Assembly: GCA_900550235.1 (NCBI GenBank)
Contig: URRQ01000007.1
Location: forward strand, 1,072 to 65,071
Direction of reading: 5' to 3'
DNA length: 64,000 bases
DNA from: an uncultured Lachnospiraceae bacterium
GTDB lineage: Bacteria; Bacillota; Clostridia; Lachnospirales; Lachnospiraceae
The notes under the pieces are model-generated. The model worked only from the letters and a program-made list of their open reading frames with translations. It had not been told where the DNA came from and searched no databases. Numbering within the stretch: position 1 is the first letter of the stretch; every line of letters starts with the position of its first letter. Of this stretch, positions 62,023 to 64,000 are shown one piece after another. The translations under genes were made by a program, and so were the position numbers.

Positions 62023-63122
62023 CTGTATATGTGCTTATTTCCGTAGTCTTTTTGATTTTGTGCGGATTGTTGTTTTACGAGACCGCAAAGAAACAGTATG
62101 AGACACAGCTTACATGGATGGTGGAGTTTACGCAGGAACATCCGGAAGCTGAGACAAAGATTGCATCGCTATGGAAGGAACAGAAACCGAAGTCGAAGAA
62201 GGAATTACAAAGCTTCAGGAAACCATATGGGTATACGTTTTACAATACGGCACAAGGGAAATCGCTTTTACTGCAGATGTTAGGGACGGCTATTTGCGGT
62301 CTTGGAGCAATCTGGTTTTGTTATGTTTTTTCAAAGAAAAAGGAAGAACATTTGCAGCAGAAGATGGAGCGTCTTCAAGCGTTGGAAGAAAAAGTGCGCG
62401 AGAAGGATGCATATATTTTGGACTTGAAAGAGGCGGCGGAAAAAGAAGAAGAGAATACGAAAGCCTTGATTACTAATATTTCACATCAGTTAAAAACACC
62501 GCTTGCCGGTTTGAAACTGATGCAAGAGCTTTGTGAGGAAGAACCTGATGAACGAGAACTTCGTGAGTATTTTAGACGGAGCGGAGAGTCGGTGACAAAG
62601 CTTACGGAACTGACGGAAGAGTTGATGCAGCTTTCAAAACTGGAGAATCACATGATTCGTTTGCATCCGAAACAGCAAAATCTGAAGAAGCTTACTGTAG
62701 GCGCAGTTGATGAAATCATACTAAAAGCAATACAAAAGAAAATGGAGATTCAAGTAGATGAGGGAGAAAGCTTCCAATGTCATTGTGATGAGAAATGGAC
62801 ACGAGAAGCGCTTGTTAATATTTTGGACAATGCGGTGAAATATTCTCCTGAAAAAAGCTGTATCACGATTCGTATTTTTCGAATGCATAGTTACGGATTG
62901 ATTGAGATAGAGGATGAAGGAATCGGGATCAAACCGGAAGAGTATCATAAGATATTTGGACGGTTCTATCGTGGAAAAGGAAAAGAAGTCGAAAGTCAGG
63001 AAGGAGCAGGCGTAGGTCTTTACCTGACGAGAAAAATCATAGAAGAACAAGGCGGTACGGTGAGTGTAAAAGCTTCTCCAAAAGGTGGAAGTATCTTTCG
63101 TGTCACATTGCCATTGGAATAG
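61995..63122 (+). CDS. Sensor histidine kinase
   Basis: Two TM helices, SHQLKTPL, NAVKYS, DEGIG and GAGVGL. Confidence 0.93.
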   Translation: MDRTGKKKVTVYVLISVVFLILCGLLFYETAKKQYETQLTWMVEFTQEHPEAETKIASLWKEQKPKSKKELQSFRKPYGYTFYNTAQGKSLLLQMLGTAICGLGAIWFCYVFSKKKEEHLQQKMERLQALEEKVREKDAYILDLKEAAEKEEENTKALITNISHQLKTPLAGLKLMQELCEEEPDERELREYFRRSGESVTKLTELTEELMQLSKLENHMIRLHPKQQNLKKLTVGAVDEIILKAIQKKMEIQVDEGESFQCHCDEKWTREALVNILDNAVKYSPEKSCITIRIFRMHSYGLIEIEDEGIGIKPEEYHKIFGRFYRGKGKEVESQEGAGVGLYLTRKIIEEQGGTVSVKASPKGGSIFRVTLPLE

Positions 63123-63124
63123 AG

Positions 63125-63167
63125 AACCCTTACAAATTTGTTATACAGTTTGTAAGGGTTTTGTAAG
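63125..63167 (+). promoter_or_regulatory. Hairpin overlapping OmpR-type direct repeats
   Basis: AACCCTTACAAA / TTTGTAAGGGTT inverted repeat. TTTGTAAG occurs at 63149 and 63160 (11-bp spacing), and TAGAAT at 63178. Confidence 0.55.
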
Positions 63168-63208
63168 TCTTATCGGATAGAATGAAATCAATGAAGGGAG
63201 GAAATGTT

Positions 63209-63883
63209 ATGAGTACAATTGTGGAAATAAAAGATTTGGTAAAATATTATGGAAAGGATGAAAATCTTGTGCGAGCGGTGGATCACACAAGCCTTACCAT
63301 TGAAAGAGGAAAGTTTACAGCAATCATCGGAAAGTCCGGTTCAGGAAAAAGTACCCTTCTTCACCTTATGGGAGGACTAGATAGACCGGATTCAGGCAGT
63401 GTGTTGATTGACGGAGAGGATATTTTTCAGTTGAAAGAAGAAAAGCTTGCCACATTTCGAAGAAGAAAAATCGGATTTATTTTTCAGGACTTTAATCTGA
63501 TTCCATCAATGAACGTATGGGAGAATATTGTGTTGCCTTTAGGACTGGATCATAAAGAGGTGAATAAAAAATATGTGATGAGTATCGTGAAAAATATCGG
63601 TTTGGAGGATAAACTGCATGCGATGCCTTCTACCTTATCTGGTGGGCAAAAACAACGAACCGCCATCGCAAGAGCCCTTGTCACTCGTCCGGCAATCATC
63701 TGTGCAGATGAGCCGACAGGAAATTTGGATTCAAGGACAGAACTGGAGGTACTCTCTCTGTTGCGGTCATGTGTTACAGAATACGGACAGTCTCTTGTAA
63801 TGATCACTCACGATGAGACGGTAGCGCAGATGGCAGATCGGATCATTGTGATCGAAGATGGTAAGGTGGTGAGCCAATCATGA
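63209..63883 (+). CDS. ABC transporter ATPase (LolD/MacB-type)
   Basis: [16 protein letters not shown] and ADEPTGNLD motifs. ATG 63209 behind GGGAGG. Confidence 0.93.
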   Translation: MSTIVEIKDLVKYYGKDENLVRAVDHTSLTIERGKFTAIIGKSGSGKSTLLHLMGGLDRPDSGSVLIDGEDIFQLKEEKLATFRRRKIGFIFQDFNLIPSMNVWENIVLPLGLDHKEVNKKYVMSIVKNIGLEDKLHAMPSTLSGGQKQRTAIARALVTRPAIICADEPTGNLDSRTELEVLSLLRSCVTEYGQSLVMITHDETVAQMADRIIVIEDGKVVSQS

Positions 63884-64000
63884 AGATGGAGACAAGAGTT
63901 TCGATTGCCAATCTAAAACATAACAAGAACCGAAATCTTCTTATCGGAATTGCCATATGTCTTACAACGTTACTGTTGTTTTTGATTCCGGGAGCAACCA
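63880..64000 (+). CDS. FtsX-like ABC permease, 5' end (partial)
   Basis: ATGA overlap with the ATPase stop. Reads MKMETRVSIANLKHNKNRNLLIGIAICLTTLLLF to the window end. Confidence 0.8.
   Translation, partial: MKMETRVSIANLKHNKNRNLLIGIAICLTTLLLFLIPGAT

Overview
AT-rich chromosomal segment of a Clostridia-class Firmicute, most likely Lachnospiraceae (L17 with a long insertion, eukaryote-type HisA, double-OB SSB). Most of it is housekeeping and on the + strand: the end of the alpha ribosomal operon (rpsK-rpsD-rpoA-rplQ), uppP, an ARG-box-controlled amino-acid ABC transporter, ftsH, uvrC-hprK-glucokinase, PBP1A, hpf, typA, lysine riboswitch-dapA-dapB, secA-prfB (programmed +1 frameshift), thrR-hom-lysC and tig-clpP-clpX-lon-engB. 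I saw no tRNA, rRNA, CRISPR array, transposase or integrase. Most interesting items: (1) an in-frame SfsA nuclease-MutY glycosylase fusion with both sets of catalytic motifs intact; (2) a two-gene accessory module after rplQ, made of a cytoplasmic protein with tandem NBR1-type FW domains and a sortase-anchored protein whose signal peptide is out of frame; (3) a structured rpoA-rplQ spacer containing a duplicated rpoA 3' end; (4) a stand-alone OLD-family ATPase/TOPRIM nuclease with a four-cysteine insert; (5) a decaying KdpDE/KtrB locus with mirror-image KdpE-like boxes and an unlisted 38-aa membrane ORF; (6) a probable bile-acid 12alpha-HSDH. All family calls come from motif recognition and recall. 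No database searches were run.
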